Shown here in pieces: positions 37,350-47,536 of a DNA stretch of 64,000 bases. Position numbers and translations under genes: made by a program. Each line of letters opens with the position of its first letter. Position 1 is the stretch's first letter. This stretch comes from an uncultured Gammaproteobacteria bacterium (GTDB lineage: Bacteria; Patescibacteriota; Microgenomatia; UBA8517). Under the pieces are notes generated by a model. It was not told the DNA's origin, did no database searches, and saw only the letters and a list, made by a program, of their open reading frames with translations. The stretch spans positions 115,019 to 179,018 of the forward strand of contig CAZRGC010000001.1 in assembly GCA_964599625.1 (NCBI GenBank), written 5' to 3'.

Positions 37350-39017
37350 ATGAAAATAATGAAGATTTCGGAACCCAAAAAAGTTTGGTCAATGCTGTTC
37401 ATTATTGCTCTTATTGCATTTACGGTTAGGTTTGTGGCGATATCCTCATTCCCCCTTGGTTTTAATGCTGACGAAGCCTCATTCGGCTACGATGCCTATT
37501 CACTTGCAACAACGGCAAAAGACCAGTGGGGGAACTTTCTGCCATTCACTCTCAAATCATTCGGCGATTACAAATCCCCGCTCTATTCCTATTTAGCTAT
37601 TCCATTTATTTATTTATTTGGACTAAACATAGCAAGCGTGAGAGTTGTTAGTGTGTTTGTGGGGGTCTTGTCGGTTCTAGCATCATATCTTTTATTTACC
37701 AAAATATTGCCGGGACGCACAAAAGAAGCACTACTGGTAGCACTTTTAGTGGCATTAAACCCGTGGTCTGTGATGATGGGAAGGGGTGCTTTTGAATTTA
37801 ACCTGTTAACTGCCACAATACCTTTAGCGATTTATTTTTTCTTAAAAGGGCAAGAAAAACCAAGCGCATATACACTTTCTGCAATATTTTTTGGTATCAG
37901 TCTGTTGACTTATCACTCGGCAAAAGTAATTGTTCCCGCACTTATCGTTGTTTTGTGTTTTATTTATAGAAAAAGATTCAACAAAAAGTTTGCAAATTCT
38001 TTGCTTCCTTTGACTGTCTTTTCGGTTTTTGCAGGAGCAACTATTTACGCTTTGGTTATTGGTGGCGGATCGAGAATTTCCGAAAGAAGTATTACCCAGG
38101 GTGCCTTGGAAGAGGGAGCAAAAGCCAAGATAGAACTAATTCAGCACGGAACAAATCCCAGCATCGCCAAATTTTTACACAATAAATACCAGGTTGTTTT
38201 GACAAGATTTATCAATAACTACCTGCAATATTTTTCTCCCAGGTTTTTAGTGACTCAAGGGGCTGGGGAATCTTATTATGGAATGATTCCCGGGATAGGA
38301 GTTCTTGGGATTTTAGAAATTGTTCTTTTGGTGTTTTCGTTGTTTTTCTTTATCAAAAAGCCATTAACCAAAGAGTCGCTTCTTGTGGTTTTGTGGATTC
38401 TTGTGACACCCATTCCGTCCGCACTCTCAACAGGAGTGGGTTATGCCGGCAACAGGGCCTCCGGCATGATTCCGGTACTCCAAATAATAGAGGGTTTGGG
38501 TCTGGCCTATCTATTAGACCTTGTTGGGCCAAAGAAACGAAAACTGGCAATAATTGTTTGGGTTGTAGCATTTGTTTTGGTCATTTTTTCTACGTGTGTT
38601 TTTGTTAAAAAATATTTCTTCGGTTCAAAAGGTGAACCCTACAAACAAATGCTATACGGCAATTTGGAAGTCTCTGAATGGTTGCTTAAAAACAAAGGCC
38701 CTCGGAAAGTTTTCATCAGCAGAAGCCTTAGCGAGCCTCAGATATTTTTGGCTTTTTCGGGAAGGTGGAATCCTTCAGATTATCAAACGTATGCAATTGG
38801 TTGGGACCTATCAGGGTCAAAAGTTTCTTGGGTTGATCAGATAGGCGAATACAACCTTGGTGAGTTCACAATAAAATCTATCGATTGGGAGCGGGAGGGT
38901 AAAACAAAAGGAAACGTGGTTGTATTTAGGGCATCAGAACTTCCAAAAGAAGTAACACCAGATAAAACCTTTTATTATCCAGACGGCAAACCAAATATAT
39001 ATGTCAAAGTTAATTAA
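37350..39017 (+). CDS. GT-C membrane glycosyltransferase, array paralogue 4
   Basis: FNADE, GYDAYS..TTAKDQWG, SFGDYKS, NPWS..MGRGAFE, YHSAK; start reassigned to ATG 37350. Confidence 0.83.
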   Translation: MKIMKISEPKKVWSMLFIIALIAFTVRFVAISSFPLGFNADEASFGYDAYSLATTAKDQWGNFLPFTLKSFGDYKSPLYSYLAIPFIYLFGLNIASVRVVSVFVGVLSVLASYLLFTKILPGRTKEALLVALLVALNPWSVMMGRGAFEFNLLTATIPLAIYFFLKGQEKPSAYTLSAIFFGISLLTYHSAKVIVPALIVVLCFIYRKRFNKKFANSLLPLTVFSVFAGATIYALVIGGGSRISERSITQGALEEGAKAKIELIQHGTNPSIAKFLHNKYQVVLTRFINNYLQYFSPRFLVTQGAGESYYGMIPGIGVLGILEIVLLVFSLFFFIKKPLTKESLLVVLWILVTPIPSALSTGVGYAGNRASGMIPVLQIIEGLGLAYLLDLVGPKKRKLAIIVWVVAFVLVIFSTCVFVKKYFFGSKGEPYKQMLYGNLEVSEWLLKNKGPRKVFISRSLSEPQIFLAFSGRWNPSDYQTYAIGWDLSGSKVSWVDQIGEYNLGEFTIKSIDWEREGKTKGNVVVFRASELPKEVTPDKTFYYPDGKPNIYVKVN

Positions 39018-40671
39018 TTATTTAAAAAGAAATAAATATCTGGTTTTGATTACTCTGATAACGTTCCTGACTTTTTTCAGAATGATTCGGGTTGGGATGT
39101 TTTCAACTCAAGACTTTCATTTGTTCAGACTTTTTCAGTTTGACAAGTGTGTTCAAAGTTTTGAAATACCCTGCAGGTGGGCACCTGATGCAGGTCTGGG
39201 GTATGGTGAACCGGTTTTTAATTACTACGGCCAGCTGGTATATGCTTTTGGTGAGTTATTTAACATCTTGGGGTTTGGGGTTATCGGTTCAGTCAAGATA
39301 TTGTTTTCCATTTCTTTATTGGGGTCATCGGTCGCTATGTATTTTTTGTCAAAAAGAATATGGAACAACCATGTTGCAGGATTCTTGTCCGCGCTTTTGT
39401 ATGTGTTTGCTCCATACAGGGCAGTTGATGTTTGGGTCAGGGGAGCACTTCCCGAAGCGTTTGCTTTTTTAATAATACCCCTAATATTCATCGCGTTGGA
39501 AAAATACTTTGAGAAAGGTTCATCAAAAGAGATTGTTTTGGTTGGTGTTGTGGTCGCCCTTCTGGTTTTAACGCACAACCTCTCTGCTCTCCTGTTTTTA
39601 CCTGTTGTGGTGGGGTGGGTGGTTCTAAGGTCACCGAAATCAAATAAGTTCAGAGTCTTTTGGGGGTTACTTTTCTCTGCGTTGATTGCTTTGGGTGTTG
39701 CAGCTTTTTATATTTTACCTTTAGTGTACGAGTCTGGTTATGTAAACCTAAACTCTACCACTCAAGGATATTTCGACTTTCATAATCACTACACAACACT
39801 TAAACAACTGTTTGTCTCCAATTATTGGGGTTATGGTGCATCCAACTGGGGTGACGGCGACGGGTTGAGCATGGCTGTGGGTTATATACAATGGATTTTG
39901 GGTATTGGAACGGTTCTTCTTATGTTTTTAAGAAGCGTGCTTCACCGGAAAAAGCTTGAACCTGTTGTTTGGTTGCTTTTTGCCACAACGTTGGCTCTTT
40001 TATTTTTGACTCATAACAAATCAACTTTTGTATGGGAAAGTTTAGACTTTATGCGTTTTATTCAGTTTCCGTGGAGGTTTTTGGCACCCATAATTTTTTG
40101 CCTGTCGCTAATGTCGGGTTATCTTGGCAATTTTTTGAGTAATAAAAGATTTATTTTGATAGTTATTTCTGTTGTCACCGTGGTTTTAAATGCAGGCTTT
40201 TTCCGAGAGGACATATGGTACAAAGTTGATGATCAATATTATTTTTCAGGAGCGGAATGGTTAAGACAGAGAAGCGCTTCAATAGGAGACTATTGGCCGG
40301 TCTATGGCCCAATCCCTAAAGATCCGCCTGAAGCATATATAGGGAACTTCCTGCCGGATATTTCAAGAAGCAATCTCAAAGTGTTCAATAAGGTTGAAGT
40401 AACAGATTTGTCTTTGTACGGATCTCGGGTAACACTGCCTGTAGCTTACTTTCCGGGATGGACGGCGAAGGTTGACGGAAAGACTGTGGATGTAAAACCC
40501 GATAAAGAATCCGGTTTGGTGGCCCTTAATCTGTCTGAAGGTGTGCATAAGGTTGAGCTTAGGTTTACCAATACTCCAATTAGGTTTGTTGGGAATATAA
40601 TTAGTATACTGACTGTTTTTGGAGCTGTATTTATATGGATAAGAAAACCATTTTATTTTTGGCGGCAATAG
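39001..40671 (+). CDS. GT-C membrane protein, PTPS-related/YfhO-like (paralogue of 18983-20701)
   Basis: TQDFH, IPCRWAPDAGLGYGEP, VRGALPE, QFPWRFL, YFPGWTAKVDG...GVHKV. Confidence 0.8.
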   Translation: MSKLINYLKRNKYLVLITLITFLTFFRMIRVGMFSTQDFHLFRLFQFDKCVQSFEIPCRWAPDAGLGYGEPVFNYYGQLVYAFGELFNILGFGVIGSVKILFSISLLGSSVAMYFLSKRIWNNHVAGFLSALLYVFAPYRAVDVWVRGALPEAFAFLIIPLIFIALEKYFEKGSSKEIVLVGVVVALLVLTHNLSALLFLPVVVGWVVLRSPKSNKFRVFWGLLFSALIALGVAAFYILPLVYESGYVNLNSTTQGYFDFHNHYTTLKQLFVSNYWGYGASNWGDGDGLSMAVGYIQWILGIGTVLLMFLRSVLHRKKLEPVVWLLFATTLALLFLTHNKSTFVWESLDFMRFIQFPWRFLAPIIFCLSLMSGYLGNFLSNKRFILIVISVVTVVLNAGFFREDIWYKVDDQYYFSGAEWLRQRSASIGDYWPVYGPIPKDPPEAYIGNFLPDISRSNLKVFNKVEVTDLSLYGSRVTLPVAYFPGWTAKVDGKTVDVKPDKESGLVALNLSEGVHKVELRFTNTPIRFVGNIISILTVFGAVFIWIRKPFYFWRQ

Positions 40672-42326
40672 TTTTTTTTGGATTTTTATTGCGTTTTTTT
40701 GACCTAAACGCCACTCCCCCATCGCTAAATTGGGATGAGGTGAGTCATGGTTATAACGCCTATTCTGTCTTAAAGACCGGAAAAGATCAGTGGGGAACAA
40801 CTTTCCCAATATTTAACTTTAGGGCTTACGGAGACTATCCGACAACCCTCAATCTTTATCTGACAATACCCTTTATTTACGTTTTGGGATTAAGTGACAT
40901 TTCCATAAGACTCCCGCATGTTATTCTCGGAACTTTAACAATCATTTCCGGTTTTTTTGTTGCATATGGTTTAACAAAACGTAAAGACATTAGTCTATTT
41001 TCAGCCTTTTTAATATCAATCGGGCCGTGGTATATGTTTACTTCAAGATTTGTTCTTCAGTCCAATGTTTCCGTGTTTTTAATGTCAACTGCATTGGCAT
41101 TCTTTTTAAATAGAAAGGCGCACAGATTCTTTTTGGGTGCATCTGTCTTTTTTTTGTTTCTGTCGCTTTTTGCCTATCACACAACCAGGATTGTCACGCC
41201 GCTTTTGATTTTGGCGGCTCTTGTTATTTATTCCAGTGACATTGAGAGGCTTTACTTTAAAAGTAAAAAACAGGTCTTCGTTTTGTTATTGTCGGTTTTT
41301 GGTCTTTTTCTGGTTAGTGGACATCTTTTGGCCAACAAAGACGCTCGGGTAAGAAGTGAAGTTCTGTTTATTTTGGACAAAGGGGCAGTGAATAAAATCG
41401 AATCACAAAGAAATTCGTCATCACTTCCTGATTTTGCAAAAAAAATAATCTACAACAGACCCGTGTATTTCATATCTATTTTTGCAAAGAATTATGCAAG
41501 CTATTTCACGCCAAAATTCCTTTTTAGGGAAGGGGGCACCCAATACCAGTTCAGTTTGCCCGGTCACGGTTTAATACCGCCTGTTAACCTTTTGTTTTTT
41601 TATCTGGGTATTGTGCTTTTTGCTGTAAGAAGTGTTAACGACAAAAACTATCGACTTCTTGTTGCATGGCTGCTTCTTTATCCAATACCGGCAAGCCTCA
41701 CAAACGAAACAGGAGCGGTCCTTCGCGCAACAACACTGCTGCCTGTATCAGAAATACTGATAGCAACTACAATTTTTTGGATTTATGAAAAGGTCCCCTC
41801 CAAACTCAAAAAAGTATCGGCGTTGGTTTATTTTATTTTTATTTTCATTTTTATGGAAAGTTATTTAATAAGTTATTTCAACGAATACAGAACAAAGTAT
41901 TCCTGGAGCTGGCAATATGGTTACAAGCAAATATCGGAATACATAAAAGACAACATGGATAGCTACGACAAAATAGTAGTTACAAAAAAATACGGCGAAC
42001 CACACGAATTTTTGTTATTTTATCTCGGGTGGGACCCTGCAAGTTACCAGGGGGATAAAACCGCTACAAGATTTTACCAATCTGGTTGGTATTGGGTAGA
42101 CAGTTTCGATAAGTTTTATTTTGTTAACGACTGGCAAATTGTTGATGCAACAAAAAATAACACATATTTTATCCAGGAAAGTAAAAAAATGGTTGACTGT
42201 TCAGAAAGCAGGTGCCTACTGATCAGCTCACCAGGGAACGCTCCCCGAAGATGGTATAAAATCAAAACAGTTAATTTCCTTGACGGTAGTCCTGCTTTCG
42301 AAATATTTTCCAATCAAAAACAATGA
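40635..42326 (+). CDS. GT-C membrane glycosyltransferase, array paralogue 5
   Basis: LNWDE, GYNAYSVLKTGKDQWG, WQYGY. Confidence 0.83.
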   Translation: MDKKTILFLAAIVFFGFLLRFFDLNATPPSLNWDEVSHGYNAYSVLKTGKDQWGTTFPIFNFRAYGDYPTTLNLYLTIPFIYVLGLSDISIRLPHVILGTLTIISGFFVAYGLTKRKDISLFSAFLISIGPWYMFTSRFVLQSNVSVFLMSTALAFFLNRKAHRFFLGASVFFLFLSLFAYHTTRIVTPLLILAALVIYSSDIERLYFKSKKQVFVLLLSVFGLFLVSGHLLANKDARVRSEVLFILDKGAVNKIESQRNSSSLPDFAKKIIYNRPVYFISIFAKNYASYFTPKFLFREGGTQYQFSLPGHGLIPPVNLLFFYLGIVLFAVRSVNDKNYRLLVAWLLLYPIPASLTNETGAVLRATTLLPVSEILIATTIFWIYEKVPSKLKKVSALVYFIFIFIFMESYLISYFNEYRTKYSWSWQYGYKQISEYIKDNMDSYDKIVVTKKYGEPHEFLLFYLGWDPASYQGDKTATRFYQSGWYWVDSFDKFYFVNDWQIVDATKNNTYFIQESKKMVDCSESRCLLISSPGNAPRRWYKIKTVNFLDGSPAFEIFSNQKQ

Positions 42327-43978
42327 CGATACTTAACAAGTCGATAAATCCAATACTTATTCTAATTTTGGTTTTTTCGTTTGTGCTCAGATTTTGGAAT
42401 CTTGGTTCAATTCCGGCTGGGCTAACCCCGGATGAAGCGGCTTTAGGCTACAACGCATATTCAATTTTGACTACAGGAAAAGACGAGTGGGGAGTACGAA
42501 CCCCCTTAATATTTAAGTCCTTTGGAGATTTCAAGCCGGGGTTTTATATATACACTTCAACTCCGTTCATTAAGTTGTTTGGACTTTCAGAATTTTCAAC
42601 CAGGGCTTCCTCTGCTGCCTCCGGGGTAATAACAGTATATGTTTTGTATCTGATTTCATTAAAACTGTTTGCCAACAAAAAACTATCAACTTTTGTATCT
42701 TTAGTAGCCGCATTGAACCCTTGGTTGATTTTTTTCTCAAGGGGGGCCTGGGAGGCCAACTTATCATTAATGTTTACATTGCTTGGTATTTATTTATTTT
42801 TGAAAATCCAAGAAAATGGGAAAAATATTATTTTTAGCGCAATATTTTTTGGACTAACACTCCTGACATACCAGGGCGCAAAATTGTCTACTCTTTTGGT
42901 GCTTTTGGTACTAACATTAATTAATCGCGATACAGTTTTAGGGGTAAAAAGAAAATATCTTGTCTCAGCTTTTGCAGTTGGATCATTTTTGGCGTTGCCT
43001 ATTTTATTGTCATTTTTCAAAGGGCAAACCTTTCGTTTAAATATTTACAGCATTTTTTCATATACACGCCCCGCACTAGAAATTCAGAACATAAAGACTC
43101 AGGAGAATAGCTTTAATGCAATGAATTTCTTTTTGTACCATAGCGAATCCTTAAACTACTTAAGAGCGATTTTAGGACGGTATTTTAATAATTTTTCACC
43201 AAGGTTCTTGTTTTTTGATGGGGACTGGGCAAATCCTATATCCACCTCCCCCTATCAAGGAGTTATGCTTGTTGGCGATTTGCTGTTCATTCCTTTAGGG
43301 TTTCTGTTTTTGTTTCAGAGACGCTTGAAAAAGGAACACTTGTTTATTTTGTTTTGGCTTATTGTGGCACCGTTAACTTCTGCGATTTCAAGAGATGAGC
43401 TCAATGCTGTGCGGGACCTTAATTTGGCGATTCCGCTCATTTTTATTTCATCTTTCGGGATATATTACACATCAACGTTACTTTTAAAAAGACACATGGG
43501 TTTTTTTGTAGTCGGATTGACCCTTTTAACGGGTTTTGTGTACTTTGCAGATTCCTATTTTGTGCACACCAACTCTCATAACTCAAATCATTGGCGATAT
43601 GGGTTTAGAGAATCTATGGAGTTTATCGAGCCGATTAAAGATCGATATGAAAAAGTGGTTTTTGAACAATCGTTCAATCAACCCTATATCTACAAACTTT
43701 TTTACGGAACCAAGGACCCTTTAGGTTTTCAAAACTCACAAAAACTAGTCGAGAGTGAATTCAAGGGAGATGTGGGTTATGTGGAATATCTCGACGGAAT
43801 ATATTTCCAGCATTTGGATTGGCAAGTGTTGAAGAAAACCTCAAGCACTCTGGTTGTTGCCCAACACACATCAGTACCGCCTGATATTTTTGCATACCCC
43901 GATAAATATGTTCTTTTAAATCAGATAAAATATCTAAATAAACGTGATATAGCGTTTGACATATTCGAAATCAAATGA
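42323..43978 (+). CDS. GT-C membrane glycosyltransferase, array paralogue 6
   Basis: LTPDE, GYNAYSILTTGKDEWG, SFGDFKP, SRGAWE. Confidence 0.83.
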   Translation: MTILNKSINPILILILVFSFVLRFWNLGSIPAGLTPDEAALGYNAYSILTTGKDEWGVRTPLIFKSFGDFKPGFYIYTSTPFIKLFGLSEFSTRASSAASGVITVYVLYLISLKLFANKKLSTFVSLVAALNPWLIFFSRGAWEANLSLMFTLLGIYLFLKIQENGKNIIFSAIFFGLTLLTYQGAKLSTLLVLLVLTLINRDTVLGVKRKYLVSAFAVGSFLALPILLSFFKGQTFRLNIYSIFSYTRPALEIQNIKTQENSFNAMNFFLYHSESLNYLRAILGRYFNNFSPRFLFFDGDWANPISTSPYQGVMLVGDLLFIPLGFLFLFQRRLKKEHLFILFWLIVAPLTSAISRDELNAVRDLNLAIPLIFISSFGIYYTSTLLLKRHMGFFVVGLTLLTGFVYFADSYFVHTNSHNSNHWRYGFRESMEFIEPIKDRYEKVVFEQSFNQPYIYKLFYGTKDPLGFQNSQKLVESEFKGDVGYVEYLDGIYFQHLDWQVLKKTSSTLVVAQHTSVPPDIFAYPDKYVLLNQIKYLNKRDIAFDIFEIK

Positions 43979-45618
43979 GAAGTTTAAATACAGCTCTGTT
44001 GGTATCAGTTATTGCTCTTGCGTTTCTACTAAGATTTTGGAATCTGTCGTCTTACCCCGCTTTTAATGCGGACGAGGCCGCGATTGGCTATAACGCCTTT
44101 TCGCTTATCCAAACTGGACTGGATGAACACGGACATCCATGGCCTATACATTTCCAATCGTTTAACGATTGGAAGCCGGGACTTTATTTTTATCTAGTAA
44201 TACCTTTTGTGAAATTTTTTGGCCTGACAGAGCTTTCTGTAAGATTACCCAATGCTATTCTTTCTGTGATAACTGTGTATTTTGTGTATTTGTTAGGTAA
44301 TTTGCTGTTTAAAGATTCCTCCATAAATGTGGGCAAAGAAAAAGTAAGTTTTGGAACTGTGGCGGCAATGCTACTTGCCATCTCTCCGTGGCATATACAT
44401 TTTTCCAGGGGTGGGTGGGAGGTAAATACAGCTACATTTTTTATGACAGGTGGTGTCTTGCTGCTTGTTGTTTGGCTAAAAAATGGTTTTAACACATTTC
44501 ATATTGTTTTGTCGGTGCTTTTATTAACACTTTCACTATATTCATACCATGCAGCCAGGGTTATCGTACCGCTTTTGGCATTGGCCATCCTTTTAATTTA
44601 TGCAAAGTCATTTTTCAAAGTTGAAAATTTAAGAAAAATGATAATCGCAGTTGTGTTTGGCGTGCTTATTGTTTTGCCGCTTTTAAAAGACTTAATAACA
44701 GGCGATGCCTTATCAAGAGCTGCGGGTGTTGGTCTTTTCGCAGACAAGGGTCCAATAAATAGAATCAACGAACAAAGGGGTGAGCACCCGGACTTGGGAT
44801 TTGTCTCAAAATTAACTCATAACAAACCTATTAACTACGCGTTGGCATTTATGAAAAATTGGACCCTGCATTATCAAGGGGAGTTTTTGTTTATGACTGG
44901 CGACTCGATTCAGCGGAACAAGGTGCCGGAAACCGGTGTAATGTATCTTTTCGATATTATTTTTCTGGCTGCAGGCTTTATTTATCTGGCGAAGACAAGA
45001 GGAGAAGGTAAAAAACTTATATGGTCGTGGGTTTTAGTTGCCCCCTTGGCAGCGGCATTGACTTTCCAGGCGCCACACGCTCTAAGGTCTGCAAACATGG
45101 CGGTTCCACTCACTATTGTCTCTGCATTGGGCCTCTCATATATCTGGAGTCTGATTGGACCCCGTAAATTTACAATATTGGGTGTGTTTATGATCTGGTG
45201 TTTTCTGAGATATTTGCACATGTATTATGTACACATGGCTAAAGAATACCCATTCTCTTCTCAATATGGCGTCAAAGAGCTGGTTGAGTTTATTTCCTCG
45301 AGTCAGGATAAATATAAAAGCATTGTTGTTTCAGATAAATATGATCAGCCATACATTCTGTTCCTTTTTTATCTGAAATATCCACCGTTGGAATTTCAGG
45401 GTAATCACAGTCTTACAACAAGGGATGACTTTGGTTTTTCAACTGTCAGAGAATTTGGAAAATACTATTTTGAAAATCTTGATTTCGAGGCACTTAAAAA
45501 TACATACCCCAACAGTTTAATTGCAGGGGCCCCAGATGAGATACCAAAAGAGGCCAATGTTATAAAGAGAATCTATGGAACCAACGGCTATTTGTACTTT
45601 AATGTTGTTGCAAATTGA
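43975..45618 (+). CDS. GT-C membrane glycosyltransferase, array paralogue 7
   Basis: FNADE, GYNAFSLIQTGLDEHG, SFNDWKP, SPWHIHFSRGGWE, PHALR. Confidence 0.83.
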   Translation: MRSLNTALLVSVIALAFLLRFWNLSSYPAFNADEAAIGYNAFSLIQTGLDEHGHPWPIHFQSFNDWKPGLYFYLVIPFVKFFGLTELSVRLPNAILSVITVYFVYLLGNLLFKDSSINVGKEKVSFGTVAAMLLAISPWHIHFSRGGWEVNTATFFMTGGVLLLVVWLKNGFNTFHIVLSVLLLTLSLYSYHAARVIVPLLALAILLIYAKSFFKVENLRKMIIAVVFGVLIVLPLLKDLITGDALSRAAGVGLFADKGPINRINEQRGEHPDLGFVSKLTHNKPINYALAFMKNWTLHYQGEFLFMTGDSIQRNKVPETGVMYLFDIIFLAAGFIYLAKTRGEGKKLIWSWVLVAPLAAALTFQAPHALRSANMAVPLTIVSALGLSYIWSLIGPRKFTILGVFMIWCFLRYLHMYYVHMAKEYPFSSQYGVKELVEFISSSQDKYKSIVVSDKYDQPYILFLFYLKYPPLEFQGNHSLTTRDDFGFSTVREFGKYYFENLDFEALKNTYPNSLIAGAPDEIPKEANVIKRIYGTNGYLYFNVVAN

Positions 45619-45619
45619 T

Positions 45620-46492
45620 ATGAACAATCTATTGTCTGTTGTTGTCGCTACCAGAAACGAGTCGGAAAACATAGAGCGATGTTTAAGATCTGTTTTGAAT
45701 ATAGCTGACGAAATTATTGTTTTTGACGAGTATTCCGATGACAAAACAAGAGAAATTGCAAAGAAGTTAGGAGCCAAGGTTTTTCTGGAAAGGCATCATG
45801 ATATTTTCCATATCACAAAGCAAAAAGCTTTAAAAAAAGCAAAGTGCAAATGGGTACTTCAACTTGATGCGGATGAGGTTGTTACCCCCGAACTTGGGGA
45901 GGAAATTACAAAGATCATAAATATGAAAGATTCAGACATGGATTCAAGAAAAATTTCAGATTCGAAAAAGGCTAAACTTTTTGAGAATCACACAAAAATA
46001 CTGGTTAATAGAGACGGTAAGGTCGGCAAAACTGAAGGACCGGTCTCAGGTTTTTTTGTTGCCCGAAAAAATATATTTTTGGGAAAACCCCTGATACATG
46101 CTGGAGTTTATCCTGACGGGGTTATACGGCTTGTAAGAAACGGATTCGCGAGTTTTCCTCAGAAAAGCGTACATGAACAAATTCAAATTGAAGGCCGTGT
46201 ATCTTGGCTTGAAAACGACTTGGAGCACTACGACTCACCAACGTTTTCGCGATATTTAGACAGAGCAAACAGGTACACAGACCTGACGGCTGCGGAATTT
46301 CTGAACAAGAATGTGTCTAGGGGTTTTTTGACTTTCACATACTATGTTTTTTTTAAGCCCTTTTTGGTCTTTGTAAGTTTGTTTTTTGTTCATAAGGGTA
46401 TTTTTGATGGCGCACAAGGTTTTATTTGGAGTTTTTTTTCCGCCTTGCATTACCCGTTAGCTTACTCAAAATACCTAACAAACTCAAAATAA
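45620..46492 (+). CDS. GT2 glycosyltransferase (WaaE-like, with internal insertion)
   Basis: TRNE, DEYSDDKT, LDADE, YPDGVIRL, VHEQ. Confidence 0.85.
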   Translation: MNNLLSVVVATRNESENIERCLRSVLNIADEIIVFDEYSDDKTREIAKKLGAKVFLERHHDIFHITKQKALKKAKCKWVLQLDADEVVTPELGEEITKIINMKDSDMDSRKISDSKKAKLFENHTKILVNRDGKVGKTEGPVSGFFVARKNIFLGKPLIHAGVYPDGVIRLVRNGFASFPQKSVHEQIQIEGRVSWLENDLEHYDSPTFSRYLDRANRYTDLTAAEFLNKNVSRGFLTFTYYVFFKPFLVFVSLFFVHKGIFDGAQGFIWSFFSALHYPLAYSKYLTNSK

Positions 46493-47536
46493 ATGTTAAT
46501 AAATGGCATTGAATATAAGGTTGCGCTGGATTCGGGACCCCTGAGGTCTGGTGATTCTATACGTGGAATAGGTTTTTATACTGATCAGATTTCAAGGAAC
46601 CTTGATGTTGAAGCTGTGGATTTTTCAGAAAAAAAACTTTCAAACTACAATCTAATACACTTTACCAGATTCAACCCGTTTATAAGGTCGCTGCCATTTG
46701 TTAAACCCGGTAATACAAAATTTGTTCTTACTGTTTACGATCTTATTCCGCTTATTTACCCCAGTGTTTACAAACCGGGTATGAAAGGAATGCTTAATTG
46801 GAATTTGAACAAAATTTTAATTAATAAATACTGTGATTCAGTGATTACAATTTCCGAAACTTCAAAAAAAGATATTTGTAGGTTTACGGGAATTGACCCC
46901 CAAAAGGTAACTGTGACTTACTTGGCGCCCAGAAAGAACTTCAAAAAGACAATGCTTGGCTCAAAATCTGCTGCGCATTTAAGAGAAAAATACGGATTGC
47001 CACAAAAATTTGTGCTTTATGTTGGTGATATAAATTACAACAAAAACATACCCACACTTGTGAAAGCTTGTAAAAAGGTTGGGGTTCCGCTTGTTGCTGT
47101 GGGTAAACAGGCACCTCTTGTAAATGAAATGCAACTCGATCACGCCGAGCTTCAACACCTTAAAAATATAGATTGGACAAATGTCACCAGACTTGGCTTT
47201 GTTAACGACACAGATCTTAACGCTTTGTATAATCTCGCCCATTGCTACGTTCAACCTTCTTATTATGAAGGATTCGGCCTCCCGGTCTTGGAAGCTTTTG
47301 CGGCAGGATGTCCGGTTGTGTGCAGCAAGACACAGGCTCTTGTTGAGATTTCAGGCGGTGCTTGTTTGTTTTCAGAAACAAACGACTATTTAGATTTTTC
47401 CAGAAATATTCGATTATTGGACGACTTATCAGTAAGAAAAAGGGTGTCAAGTGGCCAAATGGAATGGGTTAAAGGCTTTACTTGGAATAGAACCGCATAT
47501 GAAACGAAAGAAGTTTACAAAAAAATATTGGTTTAA
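46493..47536 (+). CDS. GT4 glycosyltransferase (mannosyltransferase WbdB/MtfB-like)
   Basis: RGIGFY, TVYDLIP, LYVG...KN, YEGFGLPVLEAFAAG. Confidence 0.88.
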   Translation: MLINGIEYKVALDSGPLRSGDSIRGIGFYTDQISRNLDVEAVDFSEKKLSNYNLIHFTRFNPFIRSLPFVKPGNTKFVLTVYDLIPLIYPSVYKPGMKGMLNWNLNKILINKYCDSVITISETSKKDICRFTGIDPQKVTVTYLAPRKNFKKTMLGSKSAAHLREKYGLPQKFVLYVGDINYNKNIPTLVKACKKVGVPLVAVGKQAPLVNEMQLDHAELQHLKNIDWTNVTRLGFVNDTDLNALYNLAHCYVQPSYYEGFGLPVLEAFAAGCPVVCSKTQALVEISGGACLFSETNDYLDFSRNIRLLDDLSVRKRVSSGQMEWVKGFTWNRTAYETKEVYKKILV

